A stretch of DNA of 64,000 nt from contig MU053561.1 in assembly GCA_013239625.1 (NCBI GenBank), positions 1,056,826 through 1,120,825 on the forward strand, given 5' to 3'. This DNA is from Lama guanicoe. Taxonomy: Eukaryota. The notes beneath the pieces are model-generated. The model made no database searches and was not told where the DNA came from. It saw nothing but the letters and a program-made list of their open reading frames with translations. Both the position numbers and the translations under genes were made by a program. Shown piece after piece: positions 11,569-24,704 of the stretch (position 1 is its first letter; every line of letters begins with the position of its first letter).

Positions 11569-14439
11569 GTCTGCCCCTCGGGTGATTTTGTATTACTACG
11601 TTAAACTTAGACCACGCCAGTCAAATACAAAGAAACTTAGTATTTTAGTCAGTCTGCTGCATGTTATCAAGGATTTTTATTGTCCTTCTTGAGGCAGTGA
11701 AAACTCCTTAGGGACCACCATTGCTACCTACTCAGACTCCAAGTGCGGACAGGGTTCCCAAGTTGGGAATCACTGGGTGAGGAACAATTTGAACTCAGCT
11801 CCAGTTACCTGTCCGTTGGACACCTGTTCCTCTAAACCATTGTAAAGCACATCAGTGACAGACAATTCATCATGTAGATGTAATTATTGTACTACCTAAA
11901 GCCAAATCTTGAATGATAGATTTTTTTTTTTGCCAATTTGCAAGACCTTCTTTGGGAGGTCTTTAAGGCTATCCCTAGACAACAAATACCTGAGGAATCT
12001 GAAGGTAGTAGCCGATTCCAGATCTGGTGAAGGAGAAGGATGCGTGGAAGGTTTGACCTCAACTCAGTAGACCAAGGACAGTCTAAGAAAAAGGATTAGA
12101 AAGTTGGCCTATGGGGATTAGATTTGAAAGAACAGTATATCCAGGTTTTGTGTCCTTTTAAATGCTGGAACAGGAAGAGAAAGAAGAGGAGTTCAGAGGC
12201 ACAGTATCACCCACAGGATACTCCATAGTATTTGCTCTCTGCCCCTCATCTTGCTCTAGTCACCCTGAACTGTTTCCAGTTCTCAAAATACACCTTCTCT
12301 TCCATATCCCCAAGTCTTTGCATATGCTGTTAACTCTACTAAGAAAGCTCCTTATGCCCCTTGTCTGTGTGGAAAGCTACTGAGTCCCCTGTAACATTAC
12401 ACTTAAATAACCGGCCTTTGATGGAATCCTCTGTGCGTCTTCCAGGTGTATTCATGTCTCGCTCAGTGCTCCTTGGCATTGTCTGCACATCTCCAGTGTA
12501 GCATTTATCACACAGTTCAGAAATTAGTTACATATTGTTCTCCTTTTGTTGAGCGGGACTCTCCTAAAGGGTAAAGACCCCGTATCTTTTTTGCCTTTAC
12601 ATCTCCTGAACCTAGCACGTAAATTGTTTTCTTGGTTGGGTAACTCCTTTATGATTTCAAGATCCTATCTCAGAAGCATTTCCCTTAGCCCTTGACTGTC
12701 TTCTATTGAGAGATGCCCAGTGGCCTCCCCAGTCGCTAGCATAGGTTCCCTTTGTTACCAGTATCACCAGCAAAGAGTATGGGGAAGGGTCAGGTGTCAG
12801 AACTACAAAGAAAACAAATGAAAGAAACATAAAAATCAATGCTCAAGACAAATAAAAGGCAGAAACTGTGCATTGGTGTGTTACCTAACAGGTTCATGAA
12901 TGTAGTTGTAATTGTTGTAATTATCAAATAGTTGCTGAACTTCAAAGGGATGGTCCCACCTTTTTTTTTTTTTTAAATAAGAAGGTTGGAAGAATATTTC
13001 TTTTCACTCTGGCTATTTTTCCAAATTGGTTGATCCCAAGGCAGCATCAGTTTGCAAAAAGAGCTCTTTGGCTTATTTCCTCTCCTTCCTTGCCTCTCTC
13101 CTCTTCAGCACATTCTGTTGGTTTGGCCAGTGAGCAGACTGAAACGTCTAAAGAGAAGAGGCCTGGAAATCAGAGAGGTGATTACAGCCAAAGGACTGAA
13201 CAAAGGGGGTTTGGAAAGGGTCTCTGTTGTCACAAAGTAAGCAGGAGGGGGACACTTGCCAATTTGATCATCTCTGATTGGAAACTTCAGAGATGACATC
13301 AGGTCTCTGGTGTTCAGCAGACCCAGAGAGGCCCACCATGTGGAACATGTTAATGACATGCGGTTACCTAAGACTGCTTTTTTTTTTTTGATCTGTTAGA
13401 CAATGAATTCACTTTTAAGAACCTTGAGATAAAGTTTTATAAAACTGGGATATAATGATGATGAATCAGTAAACAATGTATTGCTCAGTATAAACTTTGA
13501 ATAGATATCCAAGTGGCTGAAGATGTTAATGGAAAGTTGGCCAGGATTCTTGTAAGAGAAGCTGAGGGTAGAAATGACGGGCCTCTGCTCAGGGACTCAG
13601 ACTCTGTTGAAGGTCAGAAATTCCATGACCAGAATAGAAGAAACCAAAGGAAAACTGAAACCTTTCTGAGACCTGAATTAAGAAATGCACAAACAGCTAT
13701 ACATAGAAGCAATTCCCAAGTTCCCAATACTTGAGGATTCTCTTTGTCTTCAGAGTCTTGATTTGATGTCAAGTTGTTTTCCTAAGGTTTAGGCTTAGAG
13801 AAGTGAATGCTGGTTACATTTCAGGAAATAATGACTCTGTAATAAAACACAGGGTAAAAATTTATTCCTTTAGCTATTAATTTAGTCCATATCAACTGAA
13901 GTCTTGCCATGTTATAGGCATTGTGCTAAGTACTGGGATGTAGAAAAATTTGGGTCCATGGTAGACATGCTGGAGGTGGAGAGTGAATTAGCTAATACTT
14001 ACCTTGCCACGTCCCTTCCCAAGTCCTGGAAAGTGGAACTAGCCCCTTTGAACAATTAAATCTATCCAGTGACGCTTAATGGAGTTTGAGGACAAGTAAG
14101 ATGTGGCATATAGTAAACAAATAGGACGAATTTCTCTAAAAAGAGATACACTCTGAATATATAAATAGACTCATTAAAGTCTAGGTTGAATCTGTGAGAA
14201 ATGGATCAACAGCAGGTTAGTAAAGTGTGGTTAGGAATGTGTGGTCTTAGCCATTAGTTTTCAGTAATCATAACCTCCACCACCAGCTTCACCACCAAAA
14301 AGACCCTTGTGACAGACCCCTGGACTTGATGAACCATGGGCATGTCCATATTGGGGATGTCCTACAGTACATTCTTAACAGCTCACAGAGATCTTCCTGA
14401 TGAGGATGTGGAAAATGTCTGACACTCTCACCGTTTGCC

Positions 14440-14650
14440 CATTGGTGATGGAGCCAGAGGGTGTAAGTTACAGAAGAGATTTCAGCCCAAGGTCAAAAAG
14501 AACTTTCTAACAGATCTGTCCAAAGATGAAATATCTTCCTTGGGAAATACTCAAACAGAGGCTGGATAACCACCCAAGGTGGTATCAAAGGAAGTAGAAG
14601 TAGGTGACACCTAAGAACCTTCCCAATTTTTAAACCTCTGATTCTGTAAC
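14440..14650 (+). mobile_element. CR1/L3 (or MIR3) 3' end
   Basis: agatttcagc...aagaactttctaacag...tcaaacagaggctggataaccac...aaccttcccaat...ctctgattctgt is typical of the L3/CR1 tail. Confidence 0.55.
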
Positions 14651-16773
14651 TCAGTCTTTCAGTTGGATAAGTGGATAAATTGTCTCTATCCTGCATAGAG
14701 TTGACCACTTAAGTGAAATTATTAATACCTTTGCCATAGTCTTTTTGCCTTTTATGAAAATGAAATTAAAGTTCATTTTCTATTCCTTGAATAAATGTAA
14801 CCCTTGCAGTATGTCAGTGTATTATTGCCACCTCAATCTTCTATTGCTCTATTACGAAATGGATAATATTCATTTGTACCTGAGCTAATATTTTTGTCCC
14901 CATCCTTGGTACACGTTCCTGAGAAGAGCAGACTAGGAGGTGGAACAATAAAGGCCTTGCCATTTGCAGTGAGCCTCCTGTGCCATTAAAGGGAATCCTA
15001 AAGATGTTCTGGTGAGCCCCCAACATTCCAAAGCCAGGCAGTCAGATCTAAGCCTGGCCTGTCTATTTTTTATGTTCATCAAGGCTCAGCCTGGCTTTAT
15101 CTGCCTATCCCCTTATTATTCTGAACTCTCTAATTGCCTGGACTCTTTCTCTCCACAAATAGTTTCATGTACTGTATTCAGCATTAATGTAGGGTGACTA
15201 TCTGGAGATGTCTTCTATTCCTACTTTTAACAGATTAACAGCTAATAAACACCATGCAACACCCTCTCCTCTCAACCTCTTCTAAAAATACGGAGTTTGA
15301 TTTGCCAACATTGGTGTATTTAAAGCCTCCAAGATTCCAGGGAAGACTTTAGAAAGTTAACTGTGCAAGTAAGGCCCATTCAGAGAGGAAATTTTCCAAC
15401 ACAAAGAGCCAATCGGTGTATCATCAGCTCATCAGAGGAGAACCTCGGGGGATCTTATAGTCATTTATAAGGAAAGGATATTTGTTTTCACTTAAAGCTT
15501 CTCACTTTATTCTTGGTATGCCAGCTGAAGAGAAGACTAGAAACGTATTATGTAGGGAAAAGGACAGGCAGCTAAGTTTCATCCTAAGAGGTAAAGTCTC
15601 TCGTTTCCAGGAAGGGACACCATGTTACCTTCCAGTGACTTTGCAGTGAAGGGACTTTTGCCACCTACTCTTCTCTAACCTCCTTCCCCTCTCTTGTCGT
15701 AGTCCCTGAACTTGCCCTCCCTCCACTTAGCCAGAAGTGAAGCAGTTAATTTTAAAGAAAAATCAAGAATCAGAAGGTGCCTTCAAAGCTTTAAACAAAG
15801 CACAAACCAATATTCTGTTTTGAGGATATGGAATATCAGCAAGAATATGTCTAAGGTGATCTGGATAACCTGGATAATTGTGTTGGAAGAATGCCCATCA
15901 ACACCTCATCTATATATGATAGAGGGGATTTACTGAAGGGTAAATTAGACACTGTGCACATAGTTCAAGTAATGAAATTTCCAGTATCGACAAAACAGAG
16001 GTCTTAAACTAATGCATTTGTAAAATGTTGGCTGTTTTCTGAAGTCCCAAGTCTATGACTCTCAAAGACCAGCTTGATCATTATACAAAATATAGGTAAA
16101 TATTTGCAGAAATGTATTGGTCTTTTTGTTTGAAGTAAAATTTCTGGGACCAAACCCTCTTTGTGCCTTCAGGTAGGTATTTCTTACTGCAACAGAAACT
16201 CAAGTGTGTTTGACTGCTTACCTCTCCTTTGATTTCTATTGCCCAGCTTCTATCTGTTGATTTAAGAAGCTTTTAAAGTCACAGCAATATGACAGTTTCA
16301 TTGACTCCACAACTGTGGTGGTGGAGTTGACCGTGGGACAGGCTGTTTCAATGTGCTGAGGTAATGACAGTGACACCATCCTGTACTAGATAAATACTAC
16401 TACTCTCTGCTCAACTCTATTCGTGATAGCAGTGACCTTGACCTTTAACACTCAACATGTTTTTTTTCATGCAGACCAAAGCTTTGAAGAAAGGTCAGGG
16501 TGCAACAGACTTATGACCTAGTTGCACATCTTCTAAACCGGGTTAATTTCTTCTTTCTCCTGCAATCCAGCCTCTTCTTCTTCTTCTTCTTTTTTTTTTT
16601 TTTTTAAATCCAGCCTCTTCTGTACCTTGTGCTCTTCCAGACTGATTTACCCTAGTGCTCATCTCTCTCAGCGCCTACACCTGGTCACACCAACCACCTT
16701 TGGATTTTTTTTAAAAATCAGTGCGTTTCTTGCAGTTATTTACAACTTCCTCTGCTGGCTTTTCTCTCTGTAG

Positions 16774-16871
16774 AACTGGACTGGAAGCCATCATGGAGAC
16801 GTATGCGTTCTGGAGACCCCCTGTGCGCACGCTCACCTTTGAAGATTTCACCACCATGCAAAAGCAGCAAG
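16774..16871 (+). CDS. TBX15: TBX15 penultimate coding exon (probably exon 7), 98 bp
   Basis: Acceptor ttttctctctgtag and donor caag|gtaaag. Encodes (R)[32 protein letters not shown](G), the TBX15/TBX18-type post-T-box segment. Phase 2 in and phase 1 out fit both neighbouring exons. Confidence 0.96.
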
Positions 16872-17220
16872 GTAAAGCCCTGGGGCAAGCCTCTGCTTCG
16901 CCGCTGCGCTGGGGAGGGAGCGGGAGCCGAGCTGAATGTAGCACATCTGGTCCCCAGCCAAGACTCTACTGGAATGAAGAGTACCGGGTAGCTCTGTAAA
17001 TAACCAGAGCGTCATCACTCGTGTGAATCAGCCGGTTCCAGAGGCAGCATTTCACCTGGCACCCCAAACTCTCTCTCCCTTCCCAACAGCAAGGTTGATT
17101 GCAATGGTGGTGAAATTATTATTTCTTTTGCTAAGCTTTCACATAACCCTTGGAATTTGAGCAGATCTTCATCACAATTTCATTACTCATGGCAGCCTTA
17201 TCAGTTTTCTTATTCTAGTT

Positions 17221-17349
17221 TTCTTTTTTATGTTTTGGGGTATTTTTATGTTTGTTTATTTTTATTTTTTTAAGTGGAGGTACTGGGGATTGAACCTAGG
17301 ACCCTGTGCATGTTTACCATGCATTCTACCACTGAGCTATACCCACCCC
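17221..17349 (-). mobile_element. Short tRNA-derived SINE, Vic-1-like (camelid)
   Basis: The minus strand reads GGGGTGGGTATAGCTCAGTGGTAGAATGC...GGTTCAATCCCCAGTACCTCCAC with an A-rich tail, carrying Pol III A and B boxes. Degenerate flanking TSD tttcttattctagtttt / tttcctcttctaatttt. Confidence 0.85.
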
Positions 17350-17990
17350 GACCCTTTCCTCTTCTAATTTTGTAGATGAGAAACAACTTAGCTCCAGACA
17401 ATGGCAATACATTGTTCAGGTCTGACAGTGAGGAGGGGGCTGCCACAAGCTGTCTCCTCTTTTGCTTATGTGGAGACACACCCATGTCAAGTTGAAGTGC
17501 CAGGTGGACTTCTTCCTCCCACTGCTCTGTGCTTTCCATCCACTTTCTAACCTCCCTTCTCTTGGAGCTCAGGTTGGGAAGTCTGTGGCCATGTGCACAG
17601 CTGGCTTCTGGGCTGCTTTCAGCTCCTTTTCTCAGTCCAGCCACTGGCTTTCCCAGGTGCAGTGCCCAGTCACCTGGGTACCCACGTGAAAACTTCCCCA
17701 AATGTCAGACGCTATGTGAGTACCTCTCCAGCCTCCTCTGGCCCCACAATGACAGTGGTCAAACTTACTGACTGAGTTTATTCTGTTCTGCCAAATGGTT
17801 GCCATTAATAGAGTCCTACTTTTTGAATTGGGGGCTCTGTGATATAGGAGTCCATTCTTGGACTTGATAACACATTCCGTTCTCAGCGAGGCTCTAGAAG
17901 TTTGCACACTGTTAGGTTTTGTAACCTAAATTACTGAACTTTCTCTGGTTTTAAGCTGGAAATAGTGATTGAAAGCATAATCTTTTAAAG

Positions 17991-18170
17991 CTGGAGTCAG
18001 ACAGCTTGGGTTAGGCTCGTATCATTGTTCTTTCCTAGCTTGGTGACCTTAGCCAAGCCCCTCATCCTTTCTGACATTGAGTTTTCTCATCTGCATGATG
18101 GGAGAATGTAATAGAATTCTTGTGAGGATTAAATGAGATAATGCGTTTAAAAACACAGTAAGCACTCAGT
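17991..18170 (+). mobile_element. MIR SINE
   Basis: ctggagtcagacagcttgggtt...gtgacctt...gttttctcatctgc...gtgaggattaaatgagataatgc...cagtaagcactca. Confidence 0.85.
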
Positions 18171-21100
18171 GTGTGCTGGGTGTCGTTGTCATCATTGTCA
18201 CCACCATCATCACCATCATCATCGTTGCCTTCATACCCTTATGTCCCTATACATCGAAACCTAAGAAAAAAATGCACCAGGGACAGGAAATACTGCTGTT
18301 CTGCTGATTAATTATTCAAAGCGTGATTTAACTTCACAGGGATCTGGTGAGACAAGTGATTCAGAATTTCCAACCCTTTCTTTTTTTTTTTAATAAGTGG
18401 AGGAGAAACGGATGCCCTTGGTAGGAGGTGACTTGCTCCTCATAATGCTGTGACTGAAGCAGGGTCAGTGTATATTCAGGGTGTTACTGCTGCTCTGATG
18501 CCTTTGTGGCCCTTAAGAGGCAGAGGTCTATGGAAGTTGGGAAATCTGGGCCTTTGTCTTTGATGGCCACTAACTCTCATATAACTTGGGCAAATTACTG
18601 CTACTCTGAGTCCATTTCCTCACCCTCAAAGAGGGATAATTTTTTTTGTGAGGCCATTTATATAAACATGCTTTATAAATGAAAATGTCTCACATAAAGA
18701 CACTGGATCCTATTTATTTCTGAGGTGGCTTCTTGCTTCTCTGCCTTTGCTTTACTCATTAACTTTCCAGTTTCTAGCCAAGCAGGAGTTTCTATCACGG
18801 AGCCTGGTATGAGAAGGTTGGCAGGAATACTGCCAGTTCCCAAGAGCAGGCATTGGTGGTCACATTGTGTTCATTGCTGTGTCCCCAAATCTATCACAGG
18901 GCCTGGCACCCAGGAAATACCTAATGAACAGTGAATGAGGTCACTTGGTGGCACTGTGGCTCAGCTGGACAGGGTCGATGTCTGATTAAATCTTGGAGCG
19001 CAACCACCCAACATGTGTGTGGCTATAGATGTGGGTGATGACTGGGGATGGTAATCTGCACTTCACCAGCATGTGGAACCACCGGGCAGGTGCAGGCAAG
19101 GGAACCTGCATTGCTTAGGTGTGCGGCAAAGCAGGTTTCATGGGGCTTCTATTGAAGATATATCAATATTAAGATGACTTATTGACACTTGGGAAACAAT
19201 GGTTTAAGAGAAACTGAACTTTAAAGCAAAATGGCTCATATTCATTGAGTCCCCCCTCCTTTTTTTTTTTTTTTTTTTTTTAGTGATGGAGGGAAATGAG
19301 CCTGGAATTATTGGACACATATGGTGGTGGGATGGGGCTAGAGGAAAAGCCAAGACTCTATTAAACAGTTTAATTGGAATACATTTTTGAACTATACAAT
19401 GAACTTGATCCAGAGTCTCTTTATTAAAAAATATGTGGCTTGGTTTCTTGATGTTAACAAAGGATGTAAAAGTAACACCTGTTCCTTCTTCCTTTAAAAA
19501 CCAAGACTTCCAGTAACTCTGAACAGTATCAGTCATCAAGTGAAGATGAGACATGGCTGTCTGTGCTGAAGTGGTTTGTGTCTCAGAAGAAGTAAAGAGT
19601 GGTGAGCTTCTAGTGGAAACTTCAGTGGCAGACTGATTTTGTAGTAACTCCCTTCTGGTGAGGAGCGTGTTGGCAGTGTTAGCACCAAACCGAAGATCCA
19701 GATAGTGACTGACCCACCTGGGTGCCCGTATTACCTCATTGCTTCCAACACATGAATATCTGGATGTCAGATACGCGGCCCTGGGACAGTTTGCACTGTT
19801 GCTGCCACTGGAGGCTGGAGCAACCATTCTGTTTGGATGAAGTTAAGAGTACTTTTTCCATCTTGCCCTTGCTGTCGTTTTAATTTCTCTTTCATTTGCT
19901 CAGTATATGATTCCATGAAGCTCCATTAAGACCCATTAAATTGTTGGGGGTTTCATTAACATCCATCTGTTAATAAAATTTCAAGGAAAGTGCTTAGGTG
20001 AATTAGTTACAGTTTTACAAAAATCCAAATCCTTTTATTTTCAAAACCACGTTGAATGGATGCCCTATAGAGTTGTTTCGCTTGTGGAGAAGAATGCATG
20101 GAATTCATTTTCCTCTGCCTTTAGCACAAAAATCAACTGAGGACCAGAGCAGCCTGGCAACATATCTGCAGTTAAGTGGTGGCAGAACTGAGCTGCGAAC
20201 TCCAAAGCAGATCTCCTGCCTTCCCAGGCACTTTCCTTCCCACTAGACCTTCTTCATTCTTATTCATTAACACTCCAAAAAAGTTAGTTTACACTTCCAA
20301 CTGATGGTTTATTGTCAACAGTTTGAGCATTCAACCTAAGTAGTAGGTCCATATTTCATTTCTGTGAAGTGTATGGTTTTATTTTCAGACGTCTTCCTTT
20401 AGAATCAAAAAGGGAGTTAATACTTTTGGAGAGTCTGGAGATAGGAATCATATTTCAGGAATTGCTTCTGCCTGAACTCTGCTTGTGGCAGGGGCAAAAT
20501 GAATTAACCAAGTAAGTGATGCTTGGGGAAGTCGAGTGAGGTGATACCGACGCAGAAGTAAAAAGAAGAGTCCAGGTCAGTTATGGCCAAGTTCAGACCT
20601 GTTATTCTGATGATACGTACAATGGAACTACTTGTATGGCCAAACCCGAGAGGGGTTTTGTGAGTGGCATCTCCAAGCGATCTGACAACTGTTGTGCAAA
20701 AAAGGATCCACCCTGGACCTGTGATACCAGAGTTGCTAATACATCTCCCTCTGTGGATATAAGGAGACCTGCCATTTACAGAAGCCCTCCCTTCTCAACT
20801 GGTAGTCGACATCACTAGACAGATTTCAACACCCTCATGTCTTTTGAGGTTTGTCAGGCAGTTAAATTAGGATTATGAAGGTCTCTGTTGCTGTTGGGGT
20901 TTTCATCTGTTTGATTTGTATTGATTAGAAGTTGGTCAGTAAAAAGGATCAAATACTGAGCAAATTTATACCAGTAAAAAGATTGGGAAATGAGGCTCTT
21001 TCAGTGGACTGCAGTCTTTGAACTACTGTGGGACCATTATAATGTTTCAAAGAGAGTCATCTTACGCTGATCTCATTTATCCCTGAGATAAGGAATAATG

Positions 21101-21489
21101 CCCACAAGGAGTTCTACAAGGACTGGAGGGCATCTCAATTCAATCCACTAAAACAAATGGTTATTGGTTACATATTCTATTTTGTCTTAAAGTCCCTTAT
21201 GCGCGATGCATCCAAAACTGAGTCCGTGATTCACCTCACAGACTTGGTGCCCTCTCCTGGGGGAAGGACACCATTCTCCATTAATCATCCTAGATGTTTC
21301 CCTCCCTCCTTACCCACCATATCCAATCATTATCGAGCTCTTGGCTCTGGCCACATCGCCAGTCTCCCTTGCTACCACCCTACTCCAAACTGTTATCATC
21401 TCTCACCTGACTTCCTTCTCAGGTTCCCCAGGGACGTAACACAGCTGCCAGCATCCCTGGACCTACATCTTTTTCAGGTTTAAATGGGA

Positions 21490-21810
21490 GGGGGAAGGTC
21501 ATATGCCTCCCTCTCAAGAGTTCTAGCAAAATCTCACTGAGTCTCATTGACTCTAATTAGGCCATCCCTGAACTAATTACCATGGCGGGGGACGGGTGGG
21601 GAATATGATGTTCAGGTTGTCCATGCATGAGTCATGTCCCTGCTCTGGAGGTGCGGATGAAGGGGTGAGTGTGGGAGAGGGGGTGTTTCTCAGTGGGAAA
21701 AAGGTATTGTTGCCAGGAGAGAGGCAGGTTAGTTCTAAATGACAATAACAACAGACAGGAACCACAGCAAGGAAGGCAGTAAAACAAGTAGCAGAGAGAA
21801 CAAGCAAGTT
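21490..21810. mobile_element. Old MaLR (MLT1-like) LTR fragment
   Basis: agtctcattgactctaattaggccatccctgaactaattaccatggc resembles old MLT1 LTRs. Confidence 0.4.
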
Positions 21811-24704
21811 AATGGAAAATGAAAAAAATGGGGGATTCCACCTGGGGCCTCTGGTAGGTGTAAAACAGGGCCATTTCAGAAGCAGAGAGACCTAAAACAC
21901 AGAGGCCCATGTGAAACATGAGAATTGGGTGACTATGTTAAAAGCTATTTTAAAGGGAAGAGGTTTGGATCTATGCATATCTTTAAACTTAATGAAGAAG
22001 GATGCCCTAGGAGTCTAAGATTGAAACCACCCAATTCCCATTAGCACTACAATGTTTCATATTTGCATCTTGAGAAGGGTACTCATTTCAATTAAGGGTA
22101 ATTTCTTAGTTGGGAGGAAAAGGGCTGTGATCATTAAACTTTATGGCCTCTGGGTTTATTCCCTGGGATCCGTCTGTAGGATGCTGACATCTTACCTCTT
22201 ACCTGTTCGAAAGCCTCCAAGAAGGCTACTCAAGGACACGCAGTGAATCGGCACTCCTCAGGGCCAGATGCCATTCAGTTATATGAGAGAAGAGTCTGGC
22301 TCATGGAACCAAGTAATTACATGGAAATTTATTCTCGACTAGCCCAGATGGGATTTTGTTTTACTGTTTTTCAATTTTGGGGGTGGGGGAGGGGAAAGCA
22401 CAAGAAAACAAACCCAAAAGGAAGCTGTATGTGAAAGCCTCCATATTACAGTCTGGAAGTGATCAATTTAAAGATGCAGAAGTCAGCAGGTTTGGTATTC
22501 AGGATTTTCATGGTCACATTTAACTTGTCTTCATGGTACACCAGTGTATTCTAGGTTATTGTCCTCGTACGGAATCACTGCTAAAAATGTATTCTTTTTG
22601 GTTCGTTTGGCTGTGAGCCTTGAATATTGGAACAGTTAATGTTGGATATGAATTTTAATGAGGACCTCTTCACTTTAGTCCACGGGTAAAATACGATGCA
22701 GGGAAGTGGGGTGGTGGGGGATTCGTCCTGAAATGCTGGAGAGTTTTCAGCTACTTAGTGCATTACATTTTAATCACCTCCCAGATGTGGGTTAAGACCT
22801 CTGAGGATAATGGGATAATGGGAAAGACACCAGCCAGCCTATTTGTGTTCAGTTCTGCTTTGCTTGATCTGATCTGAGAGGAGATGGAGAGATGGTGGAG
22901 AGTGAGCAGAAAGGGACAGATAGTTCAGAGAGAAAGCAGAATTGGTTTAGTCTTAGGGAATATGGGCCTGAGGGGTGGCCAGTGCTCCATCATTCACAAC
23001 CATGGCAGTGCCTCTAGCCTGTTAACATCCGGGCAGTTGGCTGTGACATAACGCTCGCCAGAGTGTGGAGAGGCCAAGATGCTCAGCTGCATAGACAGAG
23101 GCCAACACCTGACAGCCATCCCCATTAACCCCCAAATGCTCTAAGAGTCCTTCCTCCTTCCTTCACTCCTTCTTCCCTCATTGGAGAGAGGAGAAAAACA
23201 GATTTTTATTCCTATCTGCACTTGGTAACGTATATTATTTCCTCCATTTCTCAAAACCTGCTTACAAGGTAGATCATCAAGATTCCATTTACATGGACAA
23301 AGCTAACTTGCTAAGGTCCCATACTCAGTAAGACAGTTGGGATTGGAATGGGGTGTGTCTGACCCTACAGTCCATGCTTACCCATTAAGTAAACTTTAAA
23401 TCAGGACTCTTAGAGCATTCTGGACCTGGTGGGTACAGAGGGGATAAAGGCAAAGGAAGAAGAGGCCACACCGGAAAGGGAGAAATGCCTTCCTCTGAGA
23501 GCAGCTCTGACCCCTTTGCATCAGTGTGGCCTGGCCTCCTGCTCGCCCGAATGCTTCTGCGGCAAGAGGCCTGTAGGCAGCCAAGTGTGGAAATGTACCA
23601 TGAAGGCAGCCTGCCTCCTTAGGCTTATTTACCGCTGGGCTGGCTCTTCCAACCTTGGGAAGCAGCTGACCAGCTGTTAGATCACAAGAGAATAAAGACT
23701 TCTCAGTTATCTCTGTCTGCATCTCGGCAAAATGGACGCCATAGTCTTCTCTCTCTGGGTGGACTTTGAAAAATGGCTATTACCTGTAGAGAGTACTTTA
23801 AGTGCATGCGAGCATGTCTTCAAAGCAAACGCAAGCAACGTGACCTTCTCTTGGACAGGCTTGCTCTCCCCCTTCAAACACTGGTTCGGATGGGGGCTCC
23901 CGCCCCCTGAAGCTCAGCAGGCCACCAAGTCTCATTTCCAGTGAGTGTCATTTAAAAGCCAAAGCAAGCTGACTACAAACTTTTTACCATGTGCCTCTCA
24001 TCTGCTCAGCAGAAATCCCTGTAACTTGTTAATAGTTCCCTTCTTATTTTTTTTTTTTCTAGTGAAACCAATTGAGGCCTTAAATCAGTACCATTCGTTC
24101 CATCTTGGCCCATCCGAGAAAACCATTTAGAGTTGTAAAAAGTCATCTGCTCCATCGTGCACTTCCTGCTGCAGGGCTCGGGCCAGTGCCTGATGGAGCA
24201 TACCTGTAACAGGATGGAACAGTGTGCTGAACAGGGGGCCTCCTTGAAGGCCACATAAACACCAGACCTGGGAGAGCAAGGATGGACTTTCAAAGAGAGG
24301 GGACCAGATACCCATCCCATAAAACACAAATCTCTTTACAGCTGGAGTCAAGTTTCTCCATTTGTGCCATGGCACGTATTACACTGACACATGGCATTTA
24401 GGGTAGAAGAGGGCAAAAATGTGGAGGACGCCTCAAAGAGGAACCACATGCTTGCTGAAAATGAATCCCTGAGCTGGGCCACTCAGTGAGACAGAAACAA
24501 GAGGTGTATTCTCCCTCAGCCTTCCCTTCAAGAACTTCTTTATTAAACTACCTGAGAACACATTTGAAGTAGGGTGGGTTGAACTGGCCCTTTGTCTCTT
24601 GGTGCATCAGCCACCAACCCAGTTCTGATATCTGCACGTTCTAAGAGCGACCCTCTCAAATACAAATTCAGGGATTTTAGGAGATGAAGGAGGTCCTCTA
24701 ACTA

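Noticed and set aside
17275..17349. Possible tRNA gene
   Set aside because: The A-rich tail, flanking TSD and degenerate stems show it is a SINE.
19259..19281. Long poly(T) run as a retro-tail (also ~5299, ~12961, ~37662)
   Set aside because: No flanking TSD or attached element visible.
19204..19827. 207-aa minus-strand ORF
   Set aside because: Runs through a mononucleotide tract (poly-Lys) and has no protein features.
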